Made by a program: the position numbers and the translations under genes. The notes beneath the pieces were generated by a model. That model did no database searches and had not been told where the DNA came from. It worked only from the letters and a program-made list of their open reading frames with translations. Shown here piece by piece: positions 1 to 13,600 of a stretch of DNA of 64,000 nt. The first letter of the stretch is position 1; each line of letters starts with the position of its first letter. Origin of the DNA: Thalia democratica (lineage: Eukaryota); assembly GCA_965202585.1 (NCBI GenBank), contig OZ241826.1, positions 55,428,001-55,492,000 on the forward strand, written 5' to 3'.

Positions 1-294
1 TATTTAAATCTGAACTAATTACTACTAAACAAGTAAAAATTAGAAGGTGAACAATACAAGTAAAGTAAAGCTATCAAAGTTAGTAAACTAGACTTTCTTC
101 ATATATTTGATTATAAATATAACTTAAAAACAATAAAACTGTTTTGCCTTGCTTTATCGAGTATTCAAAAAATAGTGGTTGAAAATATATTAATCTGAAA
201 AACTGAAAAAAATAAAAACTGTGTTGCTTTTTGAAATAAGCAGACATCACATTCTAATTAACTTAAAAAGTAGAGTTCAGAGCAAAAATAAAAC

Positions 295-1633
295 CAAGTT
301 GTTTTTTAGCTTCTGCCCAAGTAGGTTCGCAGCCCTTCAAAATCATAACAGCTTGCATCACCATTTCAACCATTGCCGGTGGTCTTCCGTACGACTTAAT
401 CTCTGTTATATCTTTCTTGTTCAAGGATTCCAAAGCCTTAAAAATTTACGCTAACTTTTCATTGATATGACATAAATATTTTTATGTAGAAGAATACTTT
501 TATGAATACAAGTTTGTTATGTTGTTTGAACTCAAAAGTCTTTTAAAACATTTTCAATATGATAGTTCTTACTATGTTAAATGAAACCTTTAAATTCATC
601 TGTATTAAAAAATATTTATTGTTAAATAGAAAATGATTAGAATATTTTTATAAGCAAATAATAAATCAATAATGAATAAAAAAAACCAGTGAAAAACAAT
701 TACCTTAGTAGCAGCTTCAAGAGCAGGCATGGCTTCGTCGAGATCTCGCTGCGCATTATCAGCCATGGTCTTGCACTTGACTTCTTCTAAACCGATCCTC
801 TCACTGTAGGCAGTTACACTTCTAGACTGTTCATCCGCTTCTCTTTTTTGTTGAATGATTGTTACAAGATATTCATCCAGGTCTTTTTGAAACGCCGCTA
901 CCTAATAAAATTATTATTCTTTGTTTTTCAAAACAAAGTTCAGCTAGATGAATTTAAATAAGATACCAAAAAAAAAAACACTGTTTAAACTTTACTTAAG
1001 TAATGGAATAATAAACTAGTTAAAAAAATACCTTATACTTTGCATTTAATGCTTTTTGTCTAAATATTTTAAGATTTAAATAAATTGATAAATATATCCG
1101 AATTTTAATAACTGTTATTTAATAATGAGTGAATTTTAAGATTAAAACCAAACCTTGATTACTTTTATGCCTTATTAATTCATACACATCTAATAAAATG
1201 TTTATAATTTACTGACCGCTTTTCGCTTATTTTAAATCTACTAAACATATATGCTTTAAACTAGAAGCTTGGAATTTAGATTATTAATTTTGTTTACACC
1301 TAATGAGCTGGTAAAACAGCTAAATAGTTGTAGTGCAATAACCTAAGTTGATTTTAATTTTGTGTTTTGCATATTTTTACAGTTTGTGCACTTTAAATTC
1401 TCTCAAGTTTTTCAACTGTTTAAAGCTAGTTTGCTAGAATTAAACTTTTAAATACAGCCAGAAATATACTGATAACAGTACAGACAACTTAAAACAAACG
1501 TACTTTAACTTTAGCTTCTTCCAAATCAGCAGTCATACCTTCTACTTTATCTCTGGTATCATTTATTTTAAACAATCCATTTCTTAGCTTGCTTATCTGA
1601 TCACCAAGCTCTTTACGTTTTTCTTTCAGTAAT
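295..1633 (-). CDS. DNAH2: DNAH2-like exons 59-61: stalk coiled coil and start of microtubule-binding domain
   Basis: Exons 1504-1633, 704-901, 295-436. They translate to [31 protein letters not shown] and [20 protein letters not shown]. Confidence 0.93.
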
Positions 1634-4600
1634 CTGCACAGGTTAGTGTGTTAAATTATAAACTAAAATAACTTTAACATCTATACATTTATGTACGTTA
1701 AAGACTAGAAGTTTAAACTATTTTATTTAAATTTCAGTTAAATTACTGCAGCTATTATTCAAATGTATGTGATTTTATGGTACATATATAGATAACTTCA
1801 AAAAGTTAAAGAACTTGTTGTAACTTGTAGCACAACAAAGTTAACAAGAAAACTAAAAAAAATGATATGGAGAAATGAGTCATTGCTAAATTTCTTAATC
1901 CATTAGTTTTATTTATGCTGTAAGTGAAAAATACAAAACAGTTTAAAAAAGGATAGAAAAAAAGTGTAAATGAAATATTCAAAAATACCAGAAACTAAGC
2001 AGTTAGATTTCTTTTTTTTTAATGAGAAAATACTCTTTCTAAACACATTTCCACAGTTATGTTTAAGTTTATATAAAATAAGCTTTTTGGTATCTAAACA
2101 ACTTTAAGATAATTTTAAGTTTATTTATACGTCATCTCTTTTTATTAGCTTAATTTTAATTGTTTAACTGTTACTTCTGATAAAGTTTCTAATTTGTCCA
2201 AATTTAATAATAAAAAATAACAACACTTTACACAATTAAACTTGCTAATTTCTCAAAGTTTTAGGTAGTTAGCTTGTTTATAATTCTTAATCCGTTTTTA
2301 TCAAATTTGTACAAATAAGGTAGAAAAGCATGTCTTCAGTAGAAAAAAAAAAAATATGAGCAAATGTTTTGTAATATCAAATAGATGACTTAACAGTATT
2401 TGAATTGGGAAGGTGTTAGATTTCCGCGTAAAATAAAATCCATAACTTTTACCCCTCTCTTTCAACAGAAAAAACAACTCTTAATATAATTGAAACTCCC
2501 ATAACATCTAACCTTTAATCGCTAGCCCTAAAAATATATTCGTACAAAAAGGTCATCACGTACAAATGATACGCCTTAAACTTAATCAAAACATATTTAA
2601 AACAGTCACGTAAGGGTTAAAAAATGGGGTTTTAATGCTTTTATGAGGTTGTTTTTAAAAATAGAAAAACATTAGTTGATAATAAAAGTTTGTGTAATCA
2701 AGCACTGTTTTATATGCTTAAAATTCAGAACTAAAAAGTATAAAAATGATAAGCTAAGACAAATAGTAAAAAACTAACTTTATATAACCGGTAACTAGTT
2801 CTAAATAATTGGTAGGTGTAACATAATTGTGACGTTTCAGTTCGAAAAGCATTTTATCGGAGTTTTTCACAACTGATCGATGCATCATTACAAACGATTG
2901 TGCGACGTGGTTAGTTATCTGAAATCGTTTTATAAAAAGTATTATTGCTATTAGTAGCAAAAAAAATCTATGCAAAAATATTATAGTAATATCTACTTTA
3001 TAAAATATTTAGAGGAAAACTATTGAAAACTTTTGCATATAAACTGTTGCTTACTTTTTTAAACTTAAACACCTTAATTTAGTCAATTTTTAAACAGTGA
3101 ATTACATGCATAACTTTTTATTTATAAAATTATACTAAATATCATAACAGAAAAATTACATCTTCTTCGTTTCCCAGCTCAATTCCTTCAAGATATTTTT
3201 CAGCTACTTCAAGCAAAGCATCTTTAGGCCACTCCGTAAAAAGATCTATGGTAGTGCAATTAACAAAAGCAGGGTACTGACGTATGCGGTCTCTGAATTG
3301 TTACAAAAAGTTACAGTTTTTTTAAATAAAGATTTTTTGTACAGTTAGTTTCTATTTCAGATTAATTTCAAAATACTTTGAAATGTTTTAGAAGTATTAA
3401 TATCAAATAAGGTAGACGGTAAAGATAACAAAACAATGCTAGTTAGATGAAAGAAATTATTTCTTATACAAATAGAAAAACAATAATTAACCGGAAATTG
3501 TCACCAACAGGACTCATACACAAACAAATGTGAAGATTATTTCGAACTCTACCAATGAAATATCTAAATATTGAATCATTATTAACTTCAACTCCTTGTT
3601 TAACTGCTTGATCTTCTAAGCTGCTTTTAATTTCTTCCAAATCTTCTGTCTAATAAAAAATAAGTAACTTGTAAATTTGAATAAGTAGAATTTGGAAACT
3701 ATATATTCTCAAAGAGCTTTGGATCACATAAATAAACTAAGAGCATTATTAAACTCAACATATTTAAAAAAATTGAAATAATCAAAATACTCAACATACT
3801 AACTTTAAAAAGATTAGGTACTTCACCGCTACTGAGAATATTATTGATGTCCTCCATAAAAGATTCTTCAATGGCCTGAACATCAGTGAATATAAACACT
3901 GTCTGCTTGTTGTCGACTCCCGTTTGATAGTACAATTGTTTTAAATCTATAAAATTTTGAAACTTCAATGACTTTTTGACTACATAAAGTACAAACTTGT
4001 AACATAAATAGTTATAGATACAAAAATATTTCTAAATAAGATAAAGAATATGTACAAGGCGAAAATACTTAAAGATACAATGAATTTTTGAAGAGGCAGA
4101 CAATTTTAGACGGTAGTTTGTAAACTTGAAAAAATATTAAAACTATATGGTTATAATTGCTATCATATACTTTTGATACTTAATTTTATGAAGTGTGAAT
4201 GTTGAACATAAATAACAAAAGTAAAACAGTTGCAAATACACAAAACTATTGACAATATACTAAAAGCAAACGTACCTTCTCTAAACTCAGGTTTCCGATA
4301 GTTCTTGCTGACTTCTATTTGGAAAGTCTTGTATTCACAGATGTAAGAAGCAAGGCGAGTGAGACTCTGCCTTCCAGAGCCACCGATTCCGATAAGCATT
4401 ATGTTTCCACGTGGAGACCTTATGACCCTACATATTCTTGCAACTGTACAATTTATATCATAATTGTTGGTTGCAATAATGTTGTGTTGAAAGATGGGAT
4501 CAGGTTTAAATAAGTTGGTGAAAATCAAAACTACTGGTCTGTTTAATTGACAAGCATATTTAAATTGAGTTTAACAACTACTAAATTTATGAAAATTATT

Positions 4601-7600
4601 AGGTACGATGTACTAAGCATTTGAAATAAAAACTATTGGTATACTCAATGTAAAATTATAGTTTTTATTTATTCAAGTCTGGCTACTCGAAGATATACTG
4701 CGTATCTACATACAACGACTCTTATAACTTTATCAATAAGTAACAAAATTGAAAGTAAATAAAAAAAATTTCAACTTATTTCTATACCACAAAATTTTTT
4801 AGCGTAAGACATGAGACTTTAAGTAGAATGAGTATAAGGCAGTGGTTCCCAACCTTTTTGATACCCCGTACCTAAAATATTTTAATTTGTTCTCGCAGCC
4901 CTTGCAGTACATTAAATGATTTGAAAGAGAACAAAGAAAATATTTATATCATTTTTTTTTAAATAATGTACTATATTAATAAAAATTAAAAATATTTGGA
5001 AGTTAAAAAATACAACAAACTGCGTAAGTTTTTTCTAAGGTAAAATACATCATAACTCACTCTGCCTCTGCAACGATAAACGTTTTCTAAAAGTCAAGCA
5101 AAAGAGTTTTGAGCTCATCGCTTGTTATTTTACCTGCCCTATCTTTTAATAAGTTAAAAATAATATAAACTTTTCATTAAACGAAATAAATATGAATACA
5201 TCTTTAAACAAAAAAACAAAACTTTTAATATTAACTGACAAAAATAAAATTGAAAAACTAATCTAATATTTTTAATAAAAAACTTCTACTAACACGTCGT
5301 TTAACAAACACTCACAAGGTATATAAAAAAAAAACTAAACTTTTATTTATGCAATATTTTTTAAAATGATTAAAAATTCAATAAATGATCCAGTTTAAAA
5401 TTAATGACTCTTTTGTTCCTATTTATTAAAAAATCATTAATTAACGCTATTGTTTATAATTAAATTAGTATTGAGTTTGAACGCTTAATTAAAATTATGC
5501 AATTAGACTATGAAGTAGTTATCAAAGTTTTATATTTTTTATATGATTTGAATCGCTTGTTAGCTTTAAAAATCGATAGTTAAATTTAGTTAAGTAAAAA
5601 AAAAGCTTTACAGTCGCCCAAGTTAAAGAAAAATCTCTATATTTATCTAAAAAGTTGAAAAGCCATCTCCACCCCCCTGGAATGCTGCTTTGCACCACCA
5701 AAGGGTACAAGCACCCCTGGTCGGGAAACCCTGGTATAAGGGGTTTAACGCTAGCTTTAATTATGATGAAGAAAATGAGACACTTTAAATCAATCTAATT
5801 GTTTATAGTTTTTCTTTTAAATAGTATTATTGCTCGTAAAAAAAAGTTCAAGTATATTTTTCTTAACCGCAAAACATTATCTTAACTTTTACCAGTTGTT
5901 TAAGTTTTTAAGCCAGTATGAATATTTACCTTATTTAAATTTAAAATAAATTCACAATGTCAGAAAGTTGCTTTGCAGATGTAGTTGTAATGATTTTCAA
6001 GTAAAATAGAAAAATTACTTTGAAAAACTGTAATAAAAGAAACGACTAAAGTTTTAATGCCGATGGCTACTTCATAATTAAAAAAAATGTCTTTGCTAAA
6101 AACCGTTGTCGATGATCTTGTTAAATTAATGTTTAATTAATTAATATGTTCTAAAAAACTGTTCACAAACCATGTTCAATAGCATCTTTAAACAACACAA
6201 GACTCATTCCAACGACACCAGGAAAATTATTATATTCATCAAGTTGATCATTCATAAATTTTTTAACAACTTTGAAGTCCAACAAATCCTCATAACTTTC
6301 TTCCACGTTCATAAAATCACCTACAGAAGCGTTATTATAAACATCATTATATAGCTTTTTACTATAGAAAATTAATAGAAACACTAGTTTGTTTAGAAAG
6401 TTGTAGTAATAAAACTTCAAACAAAACTAAAAATGTTAAACTAAAAAAATACTGTTTTGATTTTCAAAAAAATTAGTTGATTAAATTATTATATGGTTAA
6501 ATTTATAATGTTCTTGCGCTTACATAGTATTGATTCTTTTGTAAATTAATATCATTAAGTTATGAAACTTGAACAGAAGCGTAAATAATATTCATTTATA
6601 TTGGTTTATCATATCACTATAAAAAACAACAACAATACTTGTATTTAAACAAGGATGACAAAAATATTGACTATTTGTTTCCACTATACATTACAACAAA
6701 AAACAAAAAAGTGTACCGAAAAATGGTGGCTGCTTTGAGGGGCAGAGCGCGTGGAATGTTTGATCGAAGAGTGAAGCAAGTACATCGTTGAGGATGTTCA
6801 TAAACTTTCCTCGGTCCTTGTCGTCGACAAGACGATCGTGGAAGACACGAAAACACTCGTGTATCCACAATCTCGTCATCTTGTTCCTCGTGTCATGTTG
6901 TTCCTTTGACGCGCGCAATAATCCTTGGAATACCTTGGAAAATGTTAAAAATTAAATGTGGTAAATATGGTATGTAGTAGTATAAATGTGCTTAGCTACA
7001 GATACAACGACATTCAGAAATTTATTTTGTAATTTAAAGTTATAAATATGTGTTTATAAAAAAATGTGAAAATAAACATTTTAAAAACAATATATCTTTT
7101 AAATAATTTCATTTAGATGATTAACAGCTGACAAATAATAATTATTGCTTTGTCTTTTTTCCATTCTTACATTAATTCAAAAGCAACTTTATATAATACT
7201 CAACAGTTTTGTATAAAACCTTCGATATATCTCTTAGATTGAACAAGTAGTGAATCTTGTTCGGAGTAGGTAAAAATTTTTCAACGACTGCATTATACAT
7301 TTCAATAGTGGCTTCAGTAATTACAGAGGCAACCGGTTTTACTTCTTCGTCAAAATTTGACAACTTTTGATTAATCATGGTTCCATATATACGGTTTATT
7401 TGCGTTTCCTAAAGATGTAAAGTTTAAACAATCATTTAGACAAATGAAGGAAAAGTCATATAAACAATATTTCTGATGTAATAATGATTGGCATTATAAA
7501 TACTAAAGATGAATTGATATAACATTAGCAAGAAAAAGTTGTTTTATAATTTTTAAATGTCATGAATGCTTAGATAAAAACTAGTTTACAAAGAGCATTA

Positions 7601-10600
7601 CTAACAGACGGGAAGGTCATGTTTATTAGATTGAAGCAACTCTGCAGCCTTCCACTGATCACCTGCCTTCCTCCCCCGGGTGGTCCCATTGCACAAAGCA
7701 GGTACATTCCCTTTTATAATTAGTAGAATAAAATACAACAAACCTTTATAAAAAAAGAAGAAAAACGTAACTGATCACAGCACAAAAAATGAATATTTAT
7801 TTTGTACTCTATGACTGTATTATTTTCCTGTTGATACTAGAGTCTAACTTTTTTATTTAGATTTATGTTTCTGAATAGAGAAAAGAAATATAAAGTTAAT
7901 TTAACTACCTTTGAATATAAAATATAGGATATGAAATATCAAGAACAAAAAAAAAGTTGTTAAATTTCGAACTGAGTATATGTTAAATTTATGTTTCAAA
8001 GTATCGCAGTTAGAAAGAGTTAAAAGCATTAGTTTTATTTTAAAAGTTTTCATGACATAATTAGCTAATAGATAAAACTTATAGACAACATACTTTGATA
8101 TGAGTAGCAGTTTGCTTGGAGCGATCATACCAAAATCCGTAATCAATCATCATCCTGATGAGCTCCAGAGGAGGTTGGGATCCATACATATCCTTGGCAG
8201 GCATGTTGAAATCGTCCATAAAGCACAGCAATTTTTTACCACCGAACGGAACATAAACACCTTTGGTTCGCTTTTCAACTTGACTTTCGATTATCGCTTG
8301 TACATTGTTGGATGTAGTCTGTATAGTTATATCAGCTCATTAATACAATAAAAACTTAAGTATAGAATCTCAAAATAACACATATATTTTGGTTTTACAA
8401 ACACTCACTTTAAACTATAAAATAAAAAAGACAATTAACAAATACTTATTTATACTAAAATATAGTTTGTTTAGTAGCCTTTAAGAGGTTAGAGAGACAA
8501 TTTAAAAGATTTATTATCTAATAATCTTAGAAAAAATTTTATAACTAAATTTTGTTTATTTAACGTAAAATTAAAAAAAAAACAACTATAAAGAGAATAA
8601 ACCGAAAAAGTAGGATGTAAGATGTAGTAAACTTACAATACTTCAAAGATATAAAAAAGACTAAGATATTTTTTAATGTTGAAGAAAACGTATTAAATAT
8701 CAAGTCAAAACTAATCTTATTTATACTTAGGATTTGTTCAACATTTAATTAATTTTTGTATATAGCTGCTCTAAAATTTGTCTATTTGAGAAAATGAAAT
8801 AGCTTAAAGAGGTCTAAAAAACTGTAAAATAGATCATTAAGTACTAAGTAAAACTTAATAGTTTTAGCAAAGACAAAAATTACTAGTTGGTGTTAAACAC
8901 TATAACTGAAAAAGTTTAAATAAATAAGACTAAACAATTGGTTTATTAATTATAAAATTGTAAGAAAAAAGTTTTAATTAAATTATTAATTAAAAAAGTA
9001 TATACTTGTGACGATAAGTTTACAGTTAAGGCATTGTACTCATTGCCTAGTTTGTCTAGTACACTTTGTGCAATGGAAGTTTTTCCAGTTCCAACCGGAC
9101 CACAAATCAATACTGGAAATCCTTGTTTTATCAATGTTGAAACCAAAAAATCGTATCGAATTGTGTCGACTGTTGGCACCATTATCTTGTAAAAAGGCGC
9201 ACTGAAAGAAATTTTAATTTAAACAAAATTGCTTTTAAAACCAGTTTGAAACTTTTTTTTAAAGGTTAAACAAAATATGTATTATGTTAAACTGTTTGAA
9301 AGGAAATAACTTACTTTGAAGGATATTTCCAACCTTTCAAAAGTTTTTCTTCGAAGTTAATCCAAGATTTAGCTTTCGGATCCACAAAGTACTCATACAC
9401 TGTATCCTTAACAAAAATGGATTTGAATTTTAGATTGTCTACTGATCATTAACTTTGTTAAATAAATTAAACCAACTTAAATAATATTATTTTAAGGTAG
9501 ATGTTAAATAAACATATTTTATTTTTGCTTGAAAAGGTCGCAATCTCTTGCCACCGAAACCGGTCGCGAATAAAATATAAAATTTGCACAAATCTATTTA
9601 TATAAGCTCTTTACATCCCAGTAAATTGAGCATTCTTTTTTAGTTAAGGCAAATAACTATACAAGGTAGATGTTAATTAACATTTTAAGCGCCTATAAAC
9701 AAACAATACCTTATTAGGAAAATGTGCTTCAATTTCACGGAGATAGTTATCAATTTTTTTTCTCCCATCTTCATCAACAGAACCACAAATAGACCACATC
9801 ATGCAGAATACAAACCACAATTCTACCATACGGGCCAGATTGTCACCGTCTGCTACATTTATCTGACGCAATAATAAAAAAAAGCATTAAATTAGGATAA
9901 AACTACAATACATTAATCACAATCTTATAAGACTTTATAGAATTGATAAATATTTTATTATTAGGCGGTACTTAAAAGTTTTAAAAACATACATCCAATA
10001 GTACATAAGAAAAAAAAGAAGCTAACCCCATTTTCTTTAGTCGCTAGCGTATCATACAAGTTGCATAGTGAAGTTATACCGTTTAATGTTGTGATTGGAA
10101 CAAGTTCTTTGCAATTCCTTTTTTTAAAGTCCAACATTTTCTCAATGTATTTGTCAAACATTTCTTGTAATAAGGCTACATGCTCCTAAATTAAAGTTTA
10201 TTTTATTTTTTTACGGATAAATTGTAATCTGTTTAAATTTCTATTTCATTGAGGATTATATTTTAGTGATTTAATATATTAACATAAAAATACAAGTACT
10301 AATACAATATATAACAAATAGCATTATTTTTAACCTTATCTTCAAACTTTTGCAGCCATGACTGTACGAATGGCTTGTACCCTAAATCATTGGTGTCAAA
10401 ATAAACCATACCGCACCTACTCGTTGTTGCTGGTGATGCTTGTGCTAAATCTTGAAGCTCAAACAGCAACGAAACCTGAAGCATTCATTGTTAAAAAACT
10501 TTAAGAGTTTTATGTATACTATTATGAAATCAGTATTAAGTCTACATGATCAAATACATTTAAGGCTTGTAAGTAATAGACAGCGAAATAAATAGCTAGC

Positions 10601-13600
10601 ACATAACGTTTTACTAATATTACAAACACTTCTGTAATCGTAACTGTTTTACCTGTTCAGGCATACTAATTCTTTCTCCATTAATGAGCGTGAGTATTTT
10701 ATTGTCATCCATAACAGAGTTCATGCTTTCAATCCACAGGGTGTCGACGGGTGCATCGAAAACAATCCACTTTTCATCAGGTTTTTCATCAGCACATGCA
10801 ACGCGCATCACGCTTGAAAGCACTCCATCCGACCACTCGTTCGTGGAAATATCAAACTCACCGTACAGTTCGCCCAACGACAGTGCTTTAGGATTTATAG
10901 GGTATGCCTAAACAAACACATACTTTAGTTGATAAACAGTATAATTTTGGTTTAACGACACTTGTTAGGCTGTTTTTCTGCAAAGTATGTCAGAAACTTT
11001 AACATGGACTAAGTTAAAAAAATATAAGCGTGTTTTTTAGTATTTTTATCAAGTTAAAAAGCAAAAATAAACAAGCTTAAAATAAATTGTTAAAATATAA
11101 CTAAAAACGAAAAAGGTTATTTACCATTAACATCATTGAAACATGAAAAACAATTTAATACAAGAGAAGAAATCAACTATACCTTAACAATATTGAATCC
11201 TTCAACACCGGACTTTTGCAACTGTGACAGAGTTTTCTGCAGTCCTTTCCAAGTAACCGATTTCCCGCCACCTGACTTACCAACTATCATGGTAGAATGA
11301 CGGGAATTTTTTGTTTCATACAGCTGGATGATTTTCGTTGTCACGTGATCATTCACTTGGTAGTTGCCTTCAGCCATGATTTCATTGATTGCCAACTTAA
11401 ACTGTATGCATTTATAAACATAATAGCATACTTTCACACTCATTTCTAGAGTTTTTTTCATAATTCAGTAAAAGTATAGAAAATACCTAAACGATACTAA
11501 AGAGTTTTTTACATTTAAGTTGGTAGAAAAAAAACTAACTTAAGTTAATAACTAAACGTATTACAGTACAAACTTGTCCATAATCGCTGACTGGTGTATC
11601 TACACCTGGAAACAAATCTCCAATAACACCGTTGAAAATTGGCAAATCAACTTGAGTCAATTTAGCCAGGTTCATATCTTTTAATGACAACAGCAACACC
11701 TTGAAATATAAAGTATTTTTACAAAATGGTTGTTTTAATGCTTGTATCTCTTTTTAACATTAACATAAGGGTTTTATAGAGTTTAGCTTTAAACAAAACA
11801 AAAGCTATTATATTTTTTCATATTCAACAAACTTTTAGTAAAAGTGTATAAATATTATAAAACTTTAAAAAAAATTAAGTCATAGTAATCTATTTTTTAA
11901 ATGAATGATTAGATACTTCAAATCTATTTATTTCTAAAACAAAATATACGTGCTAAATATTTCTTAAGTGTTATTTAAAAAAATTCCTTGCAAAGCATAA
12001 GCAAAACTAATTTATAAAAACAAACGAAAGACTTATGATAATATGATAGAGCTTTAAATAATATTATCAAAAGAAAGATACGTGAATCTATAATCTATAA
12101 TTTTATTACTATGTGCTTCATTTTCAGTAACAAAAAAATGTTGTACAACTTTTTATACATACTTTTGTAGTTGAATAACTTCTATAAGAAAAAGTAACTA
12201 ACGCTTAAACAAAAACTAAATTGATGCTGGATAAGTACTAAGAAAACAAAGGTTATACATAACAGCAAAAATCAGAAGTACTAATCGAGTATCATTTTTA
12301 ACAATCACTATAATAAAAATTGGTTACTTTGAAAAAACACAGTTTATGAGACTAGGGAGTATTAAGTATCAATTACCTCTTCATCAGCCATATCAGGGTT
12401 TGCACGTTTCTTCTTACCAGAATATCTAAGCACGGATACCAAGGCACGAAGAGCAAAGTCGTAATGATCTTGTTTAGATAGTGATTGAATTGCAAGTGAG
12501 TACAGTGTGAACACTTTTTTCGCTAGTACCTTGTTAGTAATTTTTAAGTAAAAATGTTTGTCTAAATTATATAGATAACAAAAACAAAACAAAAGTTGAA
12601 TATTTTTTAAAGAAGTCATATTACAGAAAATTCAAAATCAAATAAAAAACTTACCCTGCAATTACCAAAGCCTTCGCCAAAAAGGAGAATTTCGGCGATT
12701 AAGTTTGAATCGGGAACTACCATTGCAATTGGTCTGAACATAGACTTTAAATTATCAGGAAGTTCAGATCTTCCAGCATATCCTATAAAACAAATTTATA
12801 AAACTATTTTGGTCACAACAGAGGTGCCTAAGATACAGTTTGGTGAGGAGGACTTGCAAGCGATTGATTTTTTCTTATTTAAATATTATGAACTTTTAAC
12901 ACTTGGAAATTCTAAATTAAGTTGTTAGAGTAAAAAAGTCATACACTCATAAAATTGATATTGTACAACTTACTGCACTGAATCAATTCTAGGCCTAATT
13001 TACGGCAGCAGACCTTACTTTTTTTTCGAAAACTTACACTAAGGTTCTAAACTCATACTTATTAACAACATTTTTTAATTGATATGATTAAAAAAAACAT
13101 GCATGTATTTTTTACAAATGTAAAAGTTTTTTTGTTAAAATGTTATAAATGTTAATTTATACTCATAAACTACAAAAATATTATTAAGGGCATAGGGACA
13201 AGCGTATGGACCGTAGTTTTTTCATCGTCATTTTTCATGAAAAATTAAAAGATGCTTAACTTTCAGAAAACATTTCTTTAAAAAGTTAACACGATTAATA
13301 AAGTTGGAACCGTAGTTCTAAAAAATTATTAAAAAAATAAATAATTTATTACTTTATTTTTGAAAAATAAACACATTTCTGGAGTAGAAAGATTTAAATA
13401 TAAGCAATAGACTTACTGTGAAAATTTGAAAAAAAAACTAAAAATACAGAAGAAGATATATTCTTAAGGTAACAGTTGTTTTTTAATTTGCAAAAAAATA
13501 CATATATACCATACAAAAATTACTTCGACTTTATTAAGCGTTAAAAAGTTGTGACACCTAAAACTCTAAAAAATAAGATTAACTTATTAAATACTAAGTA

